Below are positions 6,394 to 16,268 of a stretch of DNA of 32,000 bases, piece by piece. The translations under genes and the position numbers were made by a program. This stretch comes from Acidobacteriota bacterium. GTDB taxonomy: Bacteria > Acidobacteriota > Terriglobia > Terriglobales > SCQP01. The stretch covers positions 1,246 through 33,245 of the forward strand of contig JAJYIU010000010.1 in assembly GCA_021789895.1 (NCBI GenBank). Direction: 5' to 3'. Below the pieces are notes generated by a model. The model was not told where the DNA came from, made no database searches, and was given only the letters and a program-made list of their open reading frames with translations. Each line of letters opens with the position of its first letter. The stretch's first letter is position 1.

Positions 6394-7932
6394 CTATTGC
6401 GAATCCGGATGGGGTGGCGGGGGAACAAAGGCCTGCCGTACGCCTTGTTGCGCAATCTGCCGGGCCGCAGGGGTGGCGGCGGTCGCCAGTGCCGCCTGAT
6501 AATGTGCGATGGCCTGCGCGCGTTGATGTTCCAGGTCGAAAATGCGTCCCAGGTAAATATTCGCCCAGGTCCGGATGTGCGTTTCCGAATAGGACGCCGT
6601 GGCCAGGGCGTTTTCGAAATGCCGCTGCGCCGCTTGCGGATGTCCCTGGCGGGCGGCAATTTCCGCCAGCAGGTACTCGGCTTCCGCTCTCGGACTTGAG
6701 CCGGAGGCCAGGCTGTCGCGCGCCAGCTTCCCGGCTTCGGCTATCTCTCCGGAGGCAATCAGGTCTTCGCCGCGCGCCAGCAGGCTCAGCGCCGGATGCG
6801 GCCGCGGCGGCGGCGGCGGTGCCGGCGCGGCGGCAAAACGGATTTTCCCTTTTTTGACCTCGCCGGCAATCGTGCGGACGGGAATGGTGAAGGCTGCGCT
6901 TGGATAGAATTCGCTGAAATTCACCACGTCGCGCTCGTAATGTTGCTCCAGTTCGCGGAAAAAGAAGCCGCACAGCAGAAAGCCCTGGGCCTGGTCGCGT
7001 TGTATGCGGCTCCATTGCTGGGCCGGTGTGCCCCCGTCCAGCCGGGTTTCCACCGCGCGCACCCAGCTCTCGTCGTAAAACAACGACGGGCTGCGGCGGA
7101 ATTGCTCGCCTAGCGCCGGCGCCTGGCGCGCCAGCGGCATCAGGGGCATGATCTCGTCAATCGCCGCCGGATATTTGCGCACTAGCGGATCGAGCACGTA
7201 ATGCAAATAGGTGTGCTGGATGTCGCGCATCTCGGCCGCCGGGTTCAGGCCGACCACGATGAAGTAATTGCCCAAAAAATTCCTCGCATGCGTCTCCACC
7301 GGCGATGCCAGAAACTCGGGAAAGATGTACAGACTGCGCCCGAGATAGGTTTGCGATAGCCGCAGATAATTATCCACTTGGGCGATCGCCTGCCGGGTCA
7401 CCGGCGAATAGGCTTCGATCGCCTGGCGGTAATAGCGGGCGTATTGCCCCCAGTACCCGGCTAAACCGGCTTGCCTGTAGAAACGGCGCAGCAACGGCAG
7501 CAAGCCGGTCAGCGCGGCCGCGTCCGGCGGCAGATTGGTGGCCGGCACGGTCAGGCGCAGGTTCGGCGGCGGTCCTAAAAACATGGATAACGAAATGTAT
7601 TGCGCCAGGTTCAAGGCGGGATTGGCAAGCTCATGCGCCTGGTAAAACATGCGCAGCTCGCCATAGATCGGTAGATTCTTGGCCAGCAGTTGGCGGCGCA
7701 GCCGGTCGCGCAACGGGCTGGCTCCGGGGGCATGCAACCCGGTCCGGTAGCCGGCGACATTGATCGCCGCCAACACGGTGAATAGCGCCGGGTTGGAGTC
7801 CAACTGTATGTTGGTGCGTATGCCTGCGGATGCGCCGGGCGGCGGAATCGCCTGCGCCCCAAGCGCGATGCCAAGACTGGCGGACAGCAGGCTTCCTGCC
7901 ATCCAGCGGAAGATGCGGCGGGGGAAATGCAC
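6394..7932 (-). CDS. Secreted hypothetical protein: ~380-aa uncharacterised domain plus C-terminal TPR repeats
   Basis: The GTG start gives MHFPRRIFRWMAGSLLSASLGIALGAQA (signal peptide). The C-terminus AEYLLAEIAARQGHPQAAQRHFENALA...ANIYLGRIFDLEHQRAQAIAHYQAALA is TPR-like. I do not recognise the N-terminal domain. Confidence 0.7.
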   Translation of the reverse strand: MHFPRRIFRWMAGSLLSASLGIALGAQAIPPPGASAGIRTNIQLDSNPALFTVLAAINVAGYRTGLHAPGASPLRDRLRRQLLAKNLPIYGELRMFYQAHELANPALNLAQYISLSMFLGPPPNLRLTVPATNLPPDAAALTGLLPLLRRFYRQAGLAGYWGQYARYYRQAIEAYSPVTRQAIAQVDNYLRLSQTYLGRSLYIFPEFLASPVETHARNFLGNYFIVVGLNPAAEMRDIQHTYLHYVLDPLVRKYPAAIDEIMPLMPLARQAPALGEQFRRSPSLFYDESWVRAVETRLDGGTPAQQWSRIQRDQAQGFLLCGFFFRELEQHYERDVVNFSEFYPSAAFTIPVRTIAGEVKKGKIRFAAAPAPPPPPRPHPALSLLARGEDLIASGEIAEAGKLARDSLASGSSPRAEAEYLLAEIAARQGHPQAAQRHFENALATASYSETHIRTWANIYLGRIFDLEHQRAQAIAHYQAALATAATPAARQIAQQGVRQAFVPPPPHPDSQ

Positions 7933-8214
7933 GGAAATCTTCCCTAGTGTATCAAAGCGGACGGCGGCGAATGCGCCGCTTCCGCCCGGCCATCGGATTT
8001 AGCATTCAGTAAGCGTTGACGTCCAAGTCGGACAGCTTTTCTGTCCGAGAACGCAGGCCGAAGCGCGGGGTGCCTTCAAGGTCCCGCGCCAGTTAACGGC
8101 TAAGAATTTCCGGCATTTATACGTTTCGCAATGTGTCCGGGTTCGGCCGGTCCATTGCGATAGCGTCAGCGCCTAAGCTGCAACAGCGGCCGTGCCGCAT
8201 TGAAATCTACAGTT

Positions 8215-8249
8215 TTTCTCCCGGGACGGAGCCTCCGTCCCGGGAGAAA
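8215..8249 (-). terminator. Perfect 16-bp stem / 3-nt loop hairpin 13 nt downstream of the TonB-dependent receptor gene
   Basis: TTTCTCCCGGGACGGA-GCC-TCCGTCCCGGGAGAAA. There is no canonical U-tract after the stem on either strand, so terminator function is inferred from position only. Confidence 0.5.
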
Positions 8250-8261
8250 TGGTAGTGGCCG

Positions 8262-11200
8262 TTAAAAGCTCAAATGTAGCGACATCTGTATAAACCGCGG
8301 GCTGCCCAGGGTGTTCTGAATCACGCCAAAGCCTGAAACCTGCGAGAAGGCAGGAAAATCGCTGTAGCTGGCGTTGAGTTCCGAATTGTTGTTGGGCGCG
8401 TCGAAGCTGGGAGTGTTGAATAGGTTGAAGAAATCGGCTTGATACTTCAGGGTAAAGCGTTCCGAGAGGCGGATGTTTTTAAACAGCGACATGTCGAAGC
8501 GCGATTGGAAGGGCCCGCGGAAATTGTTCCGCCCGGCCGCGCCATAGCCGGTTTCCACGCTATCGCAATAGTTGCCAAATCCGTCCTGCGTGGGCCCGCA
8601 GGGAGGCACTCCGTCTTGCCCCGGTTGCACGAGCGGCGGGGCGAAGGCATTGGGATTGAGACCCGGCAAACCGTTCTGCGTCTGTTGCGCGGTCTCCACG
8701 CCTTTGCCCGAGGCAATTGGAATTAATGGGTTGGTGATCACGTCGTTGGAGCTGTAGTAGAGCGAAGCCGCCCCGCCGGAATAATCCCAGACGCTATAGG
8801 GCATGCCGCTTTCCAGCACGGTGACGCCGCTCAATCCCCAGCCGTTGAGCACCCGGCCGGCGAAGGAAGTATCGTTGGCGACGGCCCGGGGCAGCGCATA
8901 CATGTAGCTGAAGGCGAATACATGGGTGCGATCGAACCCGGCGGTGCCATAGGCCGTGCGCGGATTGTTCGGATCGTTGCCGTTATAGAACAGGCCCAGG
9001 CCGCTGCCTTCGTCCAGCACATGCGACCAGGTGTAGGAGCCCTTGATCTGTAAGCCGTGCGAGAGACGCTTATTGACCGAGAATTCCAGGGCGTTGTAGT
9101 GGGAAATGCCTTCCGCTTCCCACAGCGCCAGGTTGGGGCTGTAGCCGATGTAGGGGACCCGCAGGTCCACGTTGCCGCCATCATAGCTGCTGTTGTAATT
9201 GCTGTAGGGCTCGGTGACCAGGCCGCCCCAGGGCGTGCCATACGGCCCCCACTGGCTGCAATTCGGGTCGTTGGGATTGCAGGGATTGAAGCCGTAGCTG
9301 TAGGTCTGGCCATTCACCGGATGCGACGGAGTGGCGATCTGCGGCTGATTGATGGGAATCGGCAGAACTTCGTGCACGCCATGATTGCCGGTGTACCCGA
9401 GGGTCAGGACGAGATTGTTCGAGGGCTGCCACTGGGCATCGAGCGTCCAGTTCTCCGAATAGGGCAGCTTGTTGCTCATGTCGTAGCCGCCGATTTGCGC
9501 GGCCATGGCGCCGCCGTCGGCGGTGTCGGGCACGTCGTTATTCGGTCCGCAGCCGAGCGGGCCGGGCATTTCGCCGGCGGGGCAGCCGGCTGTCGCGGTC
9601 AGGTTGGGAATGGTCTGCGCAAACAAAGCCGGATTCCCCGTGGCCACGTTGGGCGCGGTGGGGCCGAGCGGATCGGAGAGGGTCGAGCCGCTGGGACTTC
9701 TGAACGGAACGACGAAGGGAAGTTCCTGGGTCACGCCCAACGGACCGCTGATGCCGTAGCCTGCGCCGGGCGAGAATTCGGTGAAGAACTCGCCGCGGTC
9801 GTAATACATGCCGTAACCGGCGCGCAAAACCAGATTGTGATTGAAGCCCGGCGTCCAGGCCAGACCGATGCGCGGGGCAAAACCCCACTGGTTTTGCGTC
9901 AGGGTCGAGTCGCTGACGCCGGGGGTGGCATAGACGGCATTGTTGCCGGCGACCACCAGGCCGTCGTTGACGACTGTATCGCTAGCGGCATCGTATTTGT
10001 AGCGCGAGGGGTCGAAATTGGTCAGCAGCCCATGCTCCTCCGACAACGGGCCGTCGTAGTCGTAGCGCAAGCCGTAGTTCAGCGTCAGCCGCGGCGTGAG
10101 CTGCCAGGTGTCTTGCACGTAGGCGCCCGCTTCTTTGGCGCGGTAATAGCGATTGGTGGACCCTTGCAGCAGATTGGTGGAGCGGATCTTGCCCTGGAGG
10201 AAATCCGCAAAATTTGAAATGGATATCTGCGCCGCCGCGTTCGAGCGGTTGATGATGTTGAGCTGGTTGTAGTTGTAGTCGAAGCCGAAGGCGAGGTTAT
10301 GCGATCCCAGCACCCAGTTCAGGTTGGTGGAATAGGTGTATTGATTCTGGTAAACCCCGCCGTTGGTGAAGTTGCCGGCGGACCCGAATCGAAAACCGTT
10401 CCCAATGGACGGATCGGCAGTGCGGATGGTAATGCCCGGAAATAGCGGGTTGCCGAACATGTTGATGCCGAAGTCGCCAGGGCTGAATTGTTGCTGGATT
10501 TTCGCGTATGCCAGCTCGCGAATGAAGCCGACTTTCTGCGACCAGGTGACGGTTGGCCCCATGACTTGGGTGTTTTCCAGCGAAAATACCTGGCTCCCCG
10601 CCTGCAACCGCTGCGGGAAGCCGAGCAGGCCGCTCACCGCGAATGGCGAATCGGTGGGATCGCTCTGGTAATAGTACTTTTCCGCCATATGGTCGTTACG
10701 GCTGAGGTTGAAATCCAGATTGGCATTGGCCTGGTTGGCGGAAAATTTGGGCGTTCCGTAAACGATGGCATCGTAGCCCAGATTGGAGGCCGTGTTGGCG
10801 TCGGTGATGCTCGGCGTCGGGATCAGATACTGCCCGTTCACCTTGGTGTTCATCAGCTTCAAGGCAACCGGATTGATCTGCGTAACCCCGAATTCGGATT
10901 CCAGCGTCGCCTGGCTGCGATCGTTTGTCAGGTTCAGCGGCACGGTCAAATACGAGGTCCCGTTCAATTGATCTTTGGTGCGCACCCCCTGAAAAGAACC
11001 GAAAAAGAACACCTTGTTATGGATCAGCGGGCCGCCCAAAGTGGCGCCGAGCACGTTCCGATGCAATTCAGGCACTTTCTGGCTTTGCGGAATGGAGGGA
11101 TCGGCGTTGTAGAAAAAGGGCGCCGCGTTCCATGCGCTGGATTGGCGATACCAATACAATTGGCCGTGATAGTGGTTGGTTCCGGCGCGGGTCAGGATGG

Positions 11201-12050
11201 CGACATGGGCGCCGCTGTTGGCGCCTTCGGCCGCGTCGTACATCGAACTGTTGACGCGTAGTTCTTCGATCGTTTCCGGCGGCGGCGTGGGTAATCCCTG
11301 GCCGATGGCGTCATAGACGGACGTATTCGTCTGAATTTGTCCGCCGGGCAGGAAGTGCTCGCCGGTATTGAAGGTGAAACGCGCTTCGCCAACCGAGCTG
11401 GACGATTTGCCGTTGAAAAGATTGTTGGCGTTGACGCCATTGAAACTGATGCTGTTGCTGGTATCGCGCTGCCCGTTGGCCCAAATCTCCTGGTTCCCCA
11501 TTCCGGCATTGGTGCCCGATCCGCTCAGTAGGTCGGCATTGACGCCGGGGCTGAGCGTAGCGAGTTGAGTAAAGCTTCCGGTGCCTAAGGGTATGGTCTG
11601 GATGGTATTGGAGCTGAGGATGTAGCCGTTCGTCGTGTTGACGCGATTGAGCAGGGGGGTCGCCGTAACCGTGACGGTAGTATTGATGCTGCCCGGCTGG
11701 AGCGTTACCGGCACGGTGGCGGTTCGATTGGCCAGGACCAGGATGTCGGAATGAACGACTTTTTTAAATCCATTCTTGCTGAAAGTGATCTGATACGTGC
11801 CGATCGGCAGGCCATAAAAGATGAAATTGCCGCGGGAATTGGTCTGCGTCTGCCGCACGAGACCCGTATTCACGTTGAGTAGGCTGATTTGCGTTCCAGC
11901 GACTGCTCCGCCGGAAGCATCCAGCACCGTCCCATTAATGTTCCCGACCGTCATCTGGGCTGGCAGCGTTAGCCCCAGCAGGCCAAGCACCAAGCCGATA
12001 CAGCCGACCACACGACCGAAAGTGAAACGACCTGAAATGTTGCCAAGCAT
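8262..12050 (-). CDS. TonB-dependent outer-membrane receptor with an N-terminal carboxypeptidase-regulatory-like (CarboxypepD_reg) domain
   Basis: Signal peptide, then GNINGTVLDASGGAVAGTQISLLNVNTGLVRQTQTNSRGNFIFYGLPIGTYQITFSKNGFKK (CarboxypepD_reg fold). Plug-like region and a long beta-barrel rich in G/N/Y/S. C-terminal aromatic residue (...SLHLSF). SD AGGAGA lies upstream of the ATG. Confidence 0.9.
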   Translation of the reverse strand: MLGNISGRFTFGRVVGCIGLVLGLLGLTLPAQMTVGNINGTVLDASGGAVAGTQISLLNVNTGLVRQTQTNSRGNFIFYGLPIGTYQITFSKNGFKKVVHSDILVLANRTATVPVTLQPGSINTTVTVTATPLLNRVNTTNGYILSSNTIQTIPLGTGSFTQLATLSPGVNADLLSGSGTNAGMGNQEIWANGQRDTSNSISFNGVNANNLFNGKSSSSVGEARFTFNTGEHFLPGGQIQTNTSVYDAIGQGLPTPPPETIEELRVNSSMYDAAEGANSGAHVAILTRAGTNHYHGQLYWYRQSSAWNAAPFFYNADPSIPQSQKVPELHRNVLGATLGGPLIHNKVFFFGSFQGVRTKDQLNGTSYLTVPLNLTNDRSQATLESEFGVTQINPVALKLMNTKVNGQYLIPTPSITDANTASNLGYDAIVYGTPKFSANQANANLDFNLSRNDHMAEKYYYQSDPTDSPFAVSGLLGFPQRLQAGSQVFSLENTQVMGPTVTWSQKVGFIRELAYAKIQQQFSPGDFGINMFGNPLFPGITIRTADPSIGNGFRFGSAGNFTNGGVYQNQYTYSTNLNWVLGSHNLAFGFDYNYNQLNIINRSNAAAQISISNFADFLQGKIRSTNLLQGSTNRYYRAKEAGAYVQDTWQLTPRLTLNYGLRYDYDGPLSEEHGLLTNFDPSRYKYDAASDTVVNDGLVVAGNNAVYATPGVSDSTLTQNQWGFAPRIGLAWTPGFNHNLVLRAGYGMYYDRGEFFTEFSPGAGYGISGPLGVTQELPFVVPFRSPSGSTLSDPLGPTAPNVATGNPALFAQTIPNLTATAGCPAGEMPGPLGCGPNNDVPDTADGGAMAAQIGGYDMSNKLPYSENWTLDAQWQPSNNLVLTLGYTGNHGVHEVLPIPINQPQIATPSHPVNGQTYSYGFNPCNPNDPNCSQWGPYGTPWGGLVTEPYSNYNSSYDGGNVDLRVPYIGYSPNLALWEAEGISHYNALEFSVNKRLSHGLQIKGSYTWSHVLDEGSGLGLFYNGNDPNNPRTAYGTAGFDRTHVFAFSYMYALPRAVANDTSFAGRVLNGWGLSGVTVLESGMPYSVWDYSGGAASLYYSSNDVITNPLIPIASGKGVETAQQTQNGLPGLNPNAFAPPLVQPGQDGVPPCGPTQDGFGNYCDSVETGYGAAGRNNFRGPFQSRFDMSLFKNIRLSERFTLKYQADFFNLFNTPSFDAPNNNSELNASYSDFPAFSQVSGFGVIQNTLGSPRFIQMSLHLSF

Positions 12051-12171
12051 CGAAGTTCTCTCCTGAATCCGAGCTTTTCATGCGAACTGATTCCGCCAGG
12101 TTTGCGACACAGGCTGCTGTCATACCCGGAAGCGAAATATTAACGGCAGAGAGATGCTGGATTCAAGTGAG

Positions 12172-13110
12172 TTAAGACTGATTCATTGAAATATCATTTT
12201 CTGCGGCCGGAACTGTCGAAGACTCTTCACAATACTGCCGGCGAAGCCGGTTCATGCAGGCCTGCGCCTCAGCTAAGTACTTTGGATTTAAGTGGATAGG
12301 AATCCCTTCGGCGCGTAATGCCTGGAGCGCGGCTTCGGTGGCGATATTGCCCACCAGGCGATCGCCCGCAAAAGGGCATCCGCCCATGCCGCCCAGGGCG
12401 GTATCGAAGCGGCGGCAGCCAGCGGCAAAAGCCCGCTGAATTTTCTCAATTGCCCGCTCCGGACGGGAATGCAAATGCAGCCCCAGTTCAAGCTGCGGAA
12501 AGCGTTTCCGGGCCGCAGCGTAGCGTTCGACAATGGCCTCAGTCGCCGTCCGGCCGGCGGTATCGGCCAGGGCAATTTCCCCTACGCCCAGGCTGGCGAG
12601 ACGATCAAGCGCCCGCAGCATGGTCTCCGTGCTGTCGGGATCGCCATAGGGGTTGCCAAACGCCATGGAAAGGTACACGGCCAGCTTGCGCCCGCTCTCA
12701 TCGGCCAAGGACTTTATTTCCAATAGCGCCGCCAACGCTTGTTCCTGAGTCTGGCGGGCATTGCGGCGCTGGAATTCAGGCGAAAGGGAAAATGGAAAGC
12801 CAAATGTGGTCACTACGGTGTCAAGCCCGCGTTCCGCACCGCGCCGGTTCAGCACGATTCCGATCAATTCCAGCGGCTCGCCGCGCCGCGCGAATTTCTC
12901 GATTTCGGGCGTTAGCTTACGCAGCACGGCCTCCGAATCTGCCATCTGCGGAACGGCTTGGGGCGATACGAAACTGACACAATCGAGATGGCGGAAGCCG
13001 GCTTCGAGCAAAAGCCGGATCAACTCGGCTTTATCTGCTGCCGGAATGATGCGCGGGCAGCCTTGCAGCGCGTCGCGTGGGCATTCGATCAGCTTGACCG
13101 CGGCATGCAT
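12172..13110 (-). CDS. Hydroxymethylglutaryl-CoA lyase (HMGL-like family)
   Basis: N-terminal IECPRDALQG...FVSPQAVPQMADSEAVL parallels the HMG-CoA lyase motif (GPRDGLQN...FVSPKWVPQM). TIM-barrel metal ligands HLHSRP and the C-terminal GGCPFA-like box are present. It is adjacent to the MCCase beta gene. Confidence 0.85.
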   Translation of the reverse strand: MHAAVKLIECPRDALQGCPRIIPAADKAELIRLLLEAGFRHLDCVSFVSPQAVPQMADSEAVLRKLTPEIEKFARRGEPLELIGIVLNRRGAERGLDTVVTTFGFPFSLSPEFQRRNARQTQEQALAALLEIKSLADESGRKLAVYLSMAFGNPYGDPDSTETMLRALDRLASLGVGEIALADTAGRTATEAIVERYAAARKRFPQLELGLHLHSRPERAIEKIQRAFAAGCRRFDTALGGMGGCPFAGDRLVGNIATEAALQALRAEGIPIHLNPKYLAEAQACMNRLRRQYCEESSTVPAAENDISMNQS

Positions 13111-13122
13111 AAGGTTGGCAGT

Positions 13123-14793
13123 TTAAGTTTGCAAAACACCGGTGCGCAGCGGCGGCACTTCGGGATTCAGCGCAGCGGCTTCCAGCGCCAAAACTAGCGC
13201 GCTGCGGGTCACGCGCGGCTCGACGATGCGGTCAATCCACAAACGGGCGGCGCCATATTCGGGGGCCATCTGGCCGGTGTAAGCCGTTTGGATTTCCTGC
13301 AGCAGGCGCTCCCGCTCCGCCGGCGAAACGGCCTGGCTTTTGCGCTGGCGCACCCGTACTTCGAGCAGCGTCTGCGCCGCCTGTTCCGCGCCCATGACAG
13401 CGTAACGGGCGCTTGGCCACGCCAGCAGCCAGCGCGGATCGTAGGCTTTGCCGCACATGGCATAATGCCCGGCGCCGAAGCTGCCGCCAAGAATGACGCT
13501 GATTTTCGGCACGACAGAATTAGAGACGGCATTCACCATTTTGGCCCCGGCGCGAATAATGCCTTCGGATTCCGCCTCGCGGCCGACCATAAAGCCGCTG
13601 ACGTCGTGCAAAAAAACGATGGGAATCAGCGATTGATTGCAATCGAGAATGAAGCGCGCCGCTTTTATTGCACTGTCGGAGTAAACGACGCCGCCGAATT
13701 CCACCCTGCCGTCAGGACGGCGGATATGAATCCGCTGGTTGGCGACAATGCCGACCGCGAAGCCCGCCAGGCGTCCATAGCCGCAGACCAAGGTACGGCC
13801 AAACTCAGCCCGATATTCATCAAAGCGGCTGTCGTCGAGCATGCAGGCGAGCAGATCGCGGACATCATATTGAGCCTGTGGCTCGGCGGCAAAGATGCCT
13901 TCCAGCCAATCCGCCGGATAACGCGGCGGCCGGGCTGCAATGCGGTCGAAAGGAGCAGGGCTGGACGCTCCGAGTTGCGCCATCAAAGCGCGTATGCGGC
14001 GCAGGCAGGCGGCGTCGTCGGTTTCCTTGAAATCCACCGTGCCGCTGATGGCGGCGTGCATGGAGGCGCCGCCGAGCTCCTCGCCGGCGACTTTCTGACC
14101 GATCGCGGCCTGCACCAGGGCCGGACCGGCCAGGTACAATCCGCTGCCCTCAGTCATAAGTACGGTGTCGCACATCACCGGCAGATAGGCGCCGCCGGCG
14201 ACACAACTGCCCATAATTGCGGCGATCTGCGGGATGCCGCGCGCGGAGAGCACGGCATTATTGCGAAAGACCCGGCCGAAATCGTCGGTATCGGGAAACA
14301 CATCTTCCTGTAGTGGCAGGAAAATACCGGCGGAATCGACCAGGTAAACTACCGGGAGGCGATTATCGAGCGCGATGGTTTGGGCGCGAATGACCTTTTT
14401 CGCGGTCAGCGGGAAAAAAGCGCCGGCCTTGACGGTGGCATCGTTGGCGATCACCATGGCCAGCCGGCCGGAGATTTTGCCCACCCCGCAGACCACACCG
14501 GCGGCGGGCGCGCCGCCCCATTCCGCATACATGCCATAGGCGGCGAGGGCGCCGAGTTCGTGCCAGGCGGTATCGCGGTCGAGCAGCGCGTCAAGACGCT
14601 CGCGCACACCAAGACGGCCGCGAGCATGCTGGCGCTCAAGGGCCTCGGCCCCTCCGCCGGCCCGCGCTTCGGCTTCTAACGCGCGCCAGGCGTCAATCCG
14701 GGCGCGCATGCTGCGTAGATTTTTTTGAAACAACGGTGAACCCGGGTCGAGATCCAAGCTAAGGATCGAGCGCTCCGGATCGGTGCTCATCAT
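13123..14793 (-). CDS. mccB: Methylcrotonyl-CoA carboxylase carboxyltransferase (beta) subunit / acyl-CoA carboxylase CT subunit
   Basis: It resembles MCCB along its length as I recall it (MVIANDATVKAGAFFPLTAKKVIRAQTIALDNRLPVVYLVDSAGIFLP...IAAIMGSCVAGGAYLPVM). The 12-nt gap to the HMG-CoA lyase gene supports a leucine-catabolism role. Substrate specificity is inferred. Confidence 0.85.
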   Translation of the reverse strand: MMSTDPERSILSLDLDPGSPLFQKNLRSMRARIDAWRALEAEARAGGGAEALERQHARGRLGVRERLDALLDRDTAWHELGALAAYGMYAEWGGAPAAGVVCGVGKISGRLAMVIANDATVKAGAFFPLTAKKVIRAQTIALDNRLPVVYLVDSAGIFLPLQEDVFPDTDDFGRVFRNNAVLSARGIPQIAAIMGSCVAGGAYLPVMCDTVLMTEGSGLYLAGPALVQAAIGQKVAGEELGGASMHAAISGTVDFKETDDAACLRRIRALMAQLGASSPAPFDRIAARPPRYPADWLEGIFAAEPQAQYDVRDLLACMLDDSRFDEYRAEFGRTLVCGYGRLAGFAVGIVANQRIHIRRPDGRVEFGGVVYSDSAIKAARFILDCNQSLIPIVFLHDVSGFMVGREAESEGIIRAGAKMVNAVSNSVVPKISVILGGSFGAGHYAMCGKAYDPRWLLAWPSARYAVMGAEQAAQTLLEVRVRQRKSQAVSPAERERLLQEIQTAYTGQMAPEYGAARLWIDRIVEPRVTRSALVLALEAAALNPEVPPLRTGVLQT

Positions 14794-14827
14794 CGTGGCG
14801 TCCGCCGTCGAAGGGCGGCAATCAACA

Positions 14828-16078
14828 TTAGAGCGTATTCATGGCGCCAAGAAATTCGGCGTTGGCCTTGGTCTTCAACAGCTTATCCCGCAAAAGTTCC
14901 ATGGATTCGGTAACCGACAGCGGATTCAGCACCTTGCGCAATACCCAGATGCGGTTGAGATCGTCTTTGGGTATGAGCAGCTCTTCCTTGCGGGTTCCGG
15001 AGCGCTGAATGTCGATAGCGGGAAAGACGCGCTTATCCACCAGCTTCCGGTCGAGGATAATTTCCATGTTCCCGGTGCCTTTGAATTCTTCGAAAATGAC
15101 GTCGTCCATGCGGCTGCCGGTTTCAATCAGGGCGGTGGCGATGATGGTCAGCGAGCCGCCTTCCTCGATATTGCGCGCCGCGCCGAAGAAGCGTTTGGGC
15201 CGCTGCAATGCATTGGAATCCACGCCGCCGGAAAGCACTTTGCCGGAAGGCGGAACAACGGTGTTGTAGGCGCGGGCCAGCCGCGTGATGGAATCGAGCA
15301 GAATGACCACGTCGCGCTTGTGCTCGACCAGGCGCTTGGCTTTCTCGATGACCATCTCGGCCACCTGGACGTGACGGGTAGCCGGCTCGTCGAAGGTGGA
15401 ACTGATGACTTCGCCTTTGACGGTGCGCTGCATGTCCGTAACTTCTTCCGGCCGCTCGTCAATCAGCAGCACGATCAACACGATTTCCGGATGATTGGCG
15501 GTAATCGAGTTGGCGATGGACTGTAACAGCATGGTTTTCCCGGTGCGCGGCGGAGCGACAATCAGCCCGCGCTGGCCTTTGCCCACCGGGGTCAACAGGT
15601 CCATGATGCGGCCGCTGACGTTTTCCCGTACGGTTTCGAGCCGCACCCGTTCGCTGGGATAAAGCGGGGTGAGGTTGTCGAAAAGGATTTTATTGCGCGC
15701 CTCCTCAGGCGCTTCGAAGTTGATGGCCTCGATTTTGACGAGGGCAAAGTATTTTTCACCCTCATGCGGCGATCGCACCTGGCCGGATACGGTATCCCCG
15801 GTGCGCAGGTCGAAGCGGCGAATTTGGGAGGGGGATACGTAAATATCGTCGGGACCGGGGAGGTAATTATAGTCGGGTGAGCGCAGGAAGCCGTAGCCGT
15901 CGGGCAGGATTTCCAGGACGCCCTCGGCGAAGATATGGCCTTCCTTCTCGCTTTGCGCCTGCAGAATTTTGAAGATCAGGTCCTGCTTGCGCATCCCGCT
16001 GGCACCCGGTAATTCGAGGGTGCGGGCGATTCGAGTCAACTCGGCAATGTTCTTTTCCTTCAGTTCGGCAATGGTCAT
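14828..16078 (-). CDS. rho: Transcription termination factor Rho
   Basis: N-terminal Rho_N ([20 protein letters not shown]), RNA-binding OB domain, Walker A APPRTGKT and the C-terminal ATPase domain. 416 aa. Confidence 0.97.
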   Translation of the reverse strand: MTIAELKEKNIAELTRIARTLELPGASGMRKQDLIFKILQAQSEKEGHIFAEGVLEILPDGYGFLRSPDYNYLPGPDDIYVSPSQIRRFDLRTGDTVSGQVRSPHEGEKYFALVKIEAINFEAPEEARNKILFDNLTPLYPSERVRLETVRENVSGRIMDLLTPVGKGQRGLIVAPPRTGKTMLLQSIANSITANHPEIVLIVLLIDERPEEVTDMQRTVKGEVISSTFDEPATRHVQVAEMVIEKAKRLVEHKRDVVILLDSITRLARAYNTVVPPSGKVLSGGVDSNALQRPKRFFGAARNIEEGGSLTIIATALIETGSRMDDVIFEEFKGTGNMEIILDRKLVDKRVFPAIDIQRSGTRKEELLIPKDDLNRIWVLRKVLNPLSVTESMELLRDKLLKTKANAEFLGAMNTL

Positions 16079-16195
16079 AGGGTTAGATCAGGCGGATGAT
16101 AGACAACCACAGCGGCGCCGGCCGCTCACAACTTCCAAAACGGGGGTTTTAACGGATAGCCGCGTCCACAACGCGCGGTATCTATGCGGAATTTC

Positions 16196-16224
16196 AGCTT
16201 AACCTTCCATGTCCGTCTTGTCAA
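16196..16224 (-). promoter_or_regulatory. Candidate sigma70-type promoter for rho (TTGACA-17-TAAGCT)
   Basis: The minus strand has TTGACA (16224-16219), a 17-nt spacer and TAAGCT (16201-16196). The predicted 5' UTR is about 110 nt. Confidence 0.35.
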
Positions 16225-16268
16225 GCGTTTGCGGGCGGATACCGCCTGGGGGCGTTGGACCAGGAAGG

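Noticed and set aside
6377-7015. N-terminal 213-codon extension of the 5450-7015 ORF (521 aa in the track).
   Set aside because: The extension overlaps the C-terminal TPR region of the upstream gene in another frame and is Arg/Pro/Gly-rich. The internal ATG at 6376 gives a clean signal peptide 17 nt after the upstream stop.
9057-11261. Plus-strand ORFs of 386 aa and 257 aa inside the TonB-dependent receptor gene. The same applies to 13288-14313 opposite mccB, 14783-15526 opposite rho and 20430-21089 opposite ligA.
   Set aside because: All are antisense to strongly supported genes and lack recognisable domains.
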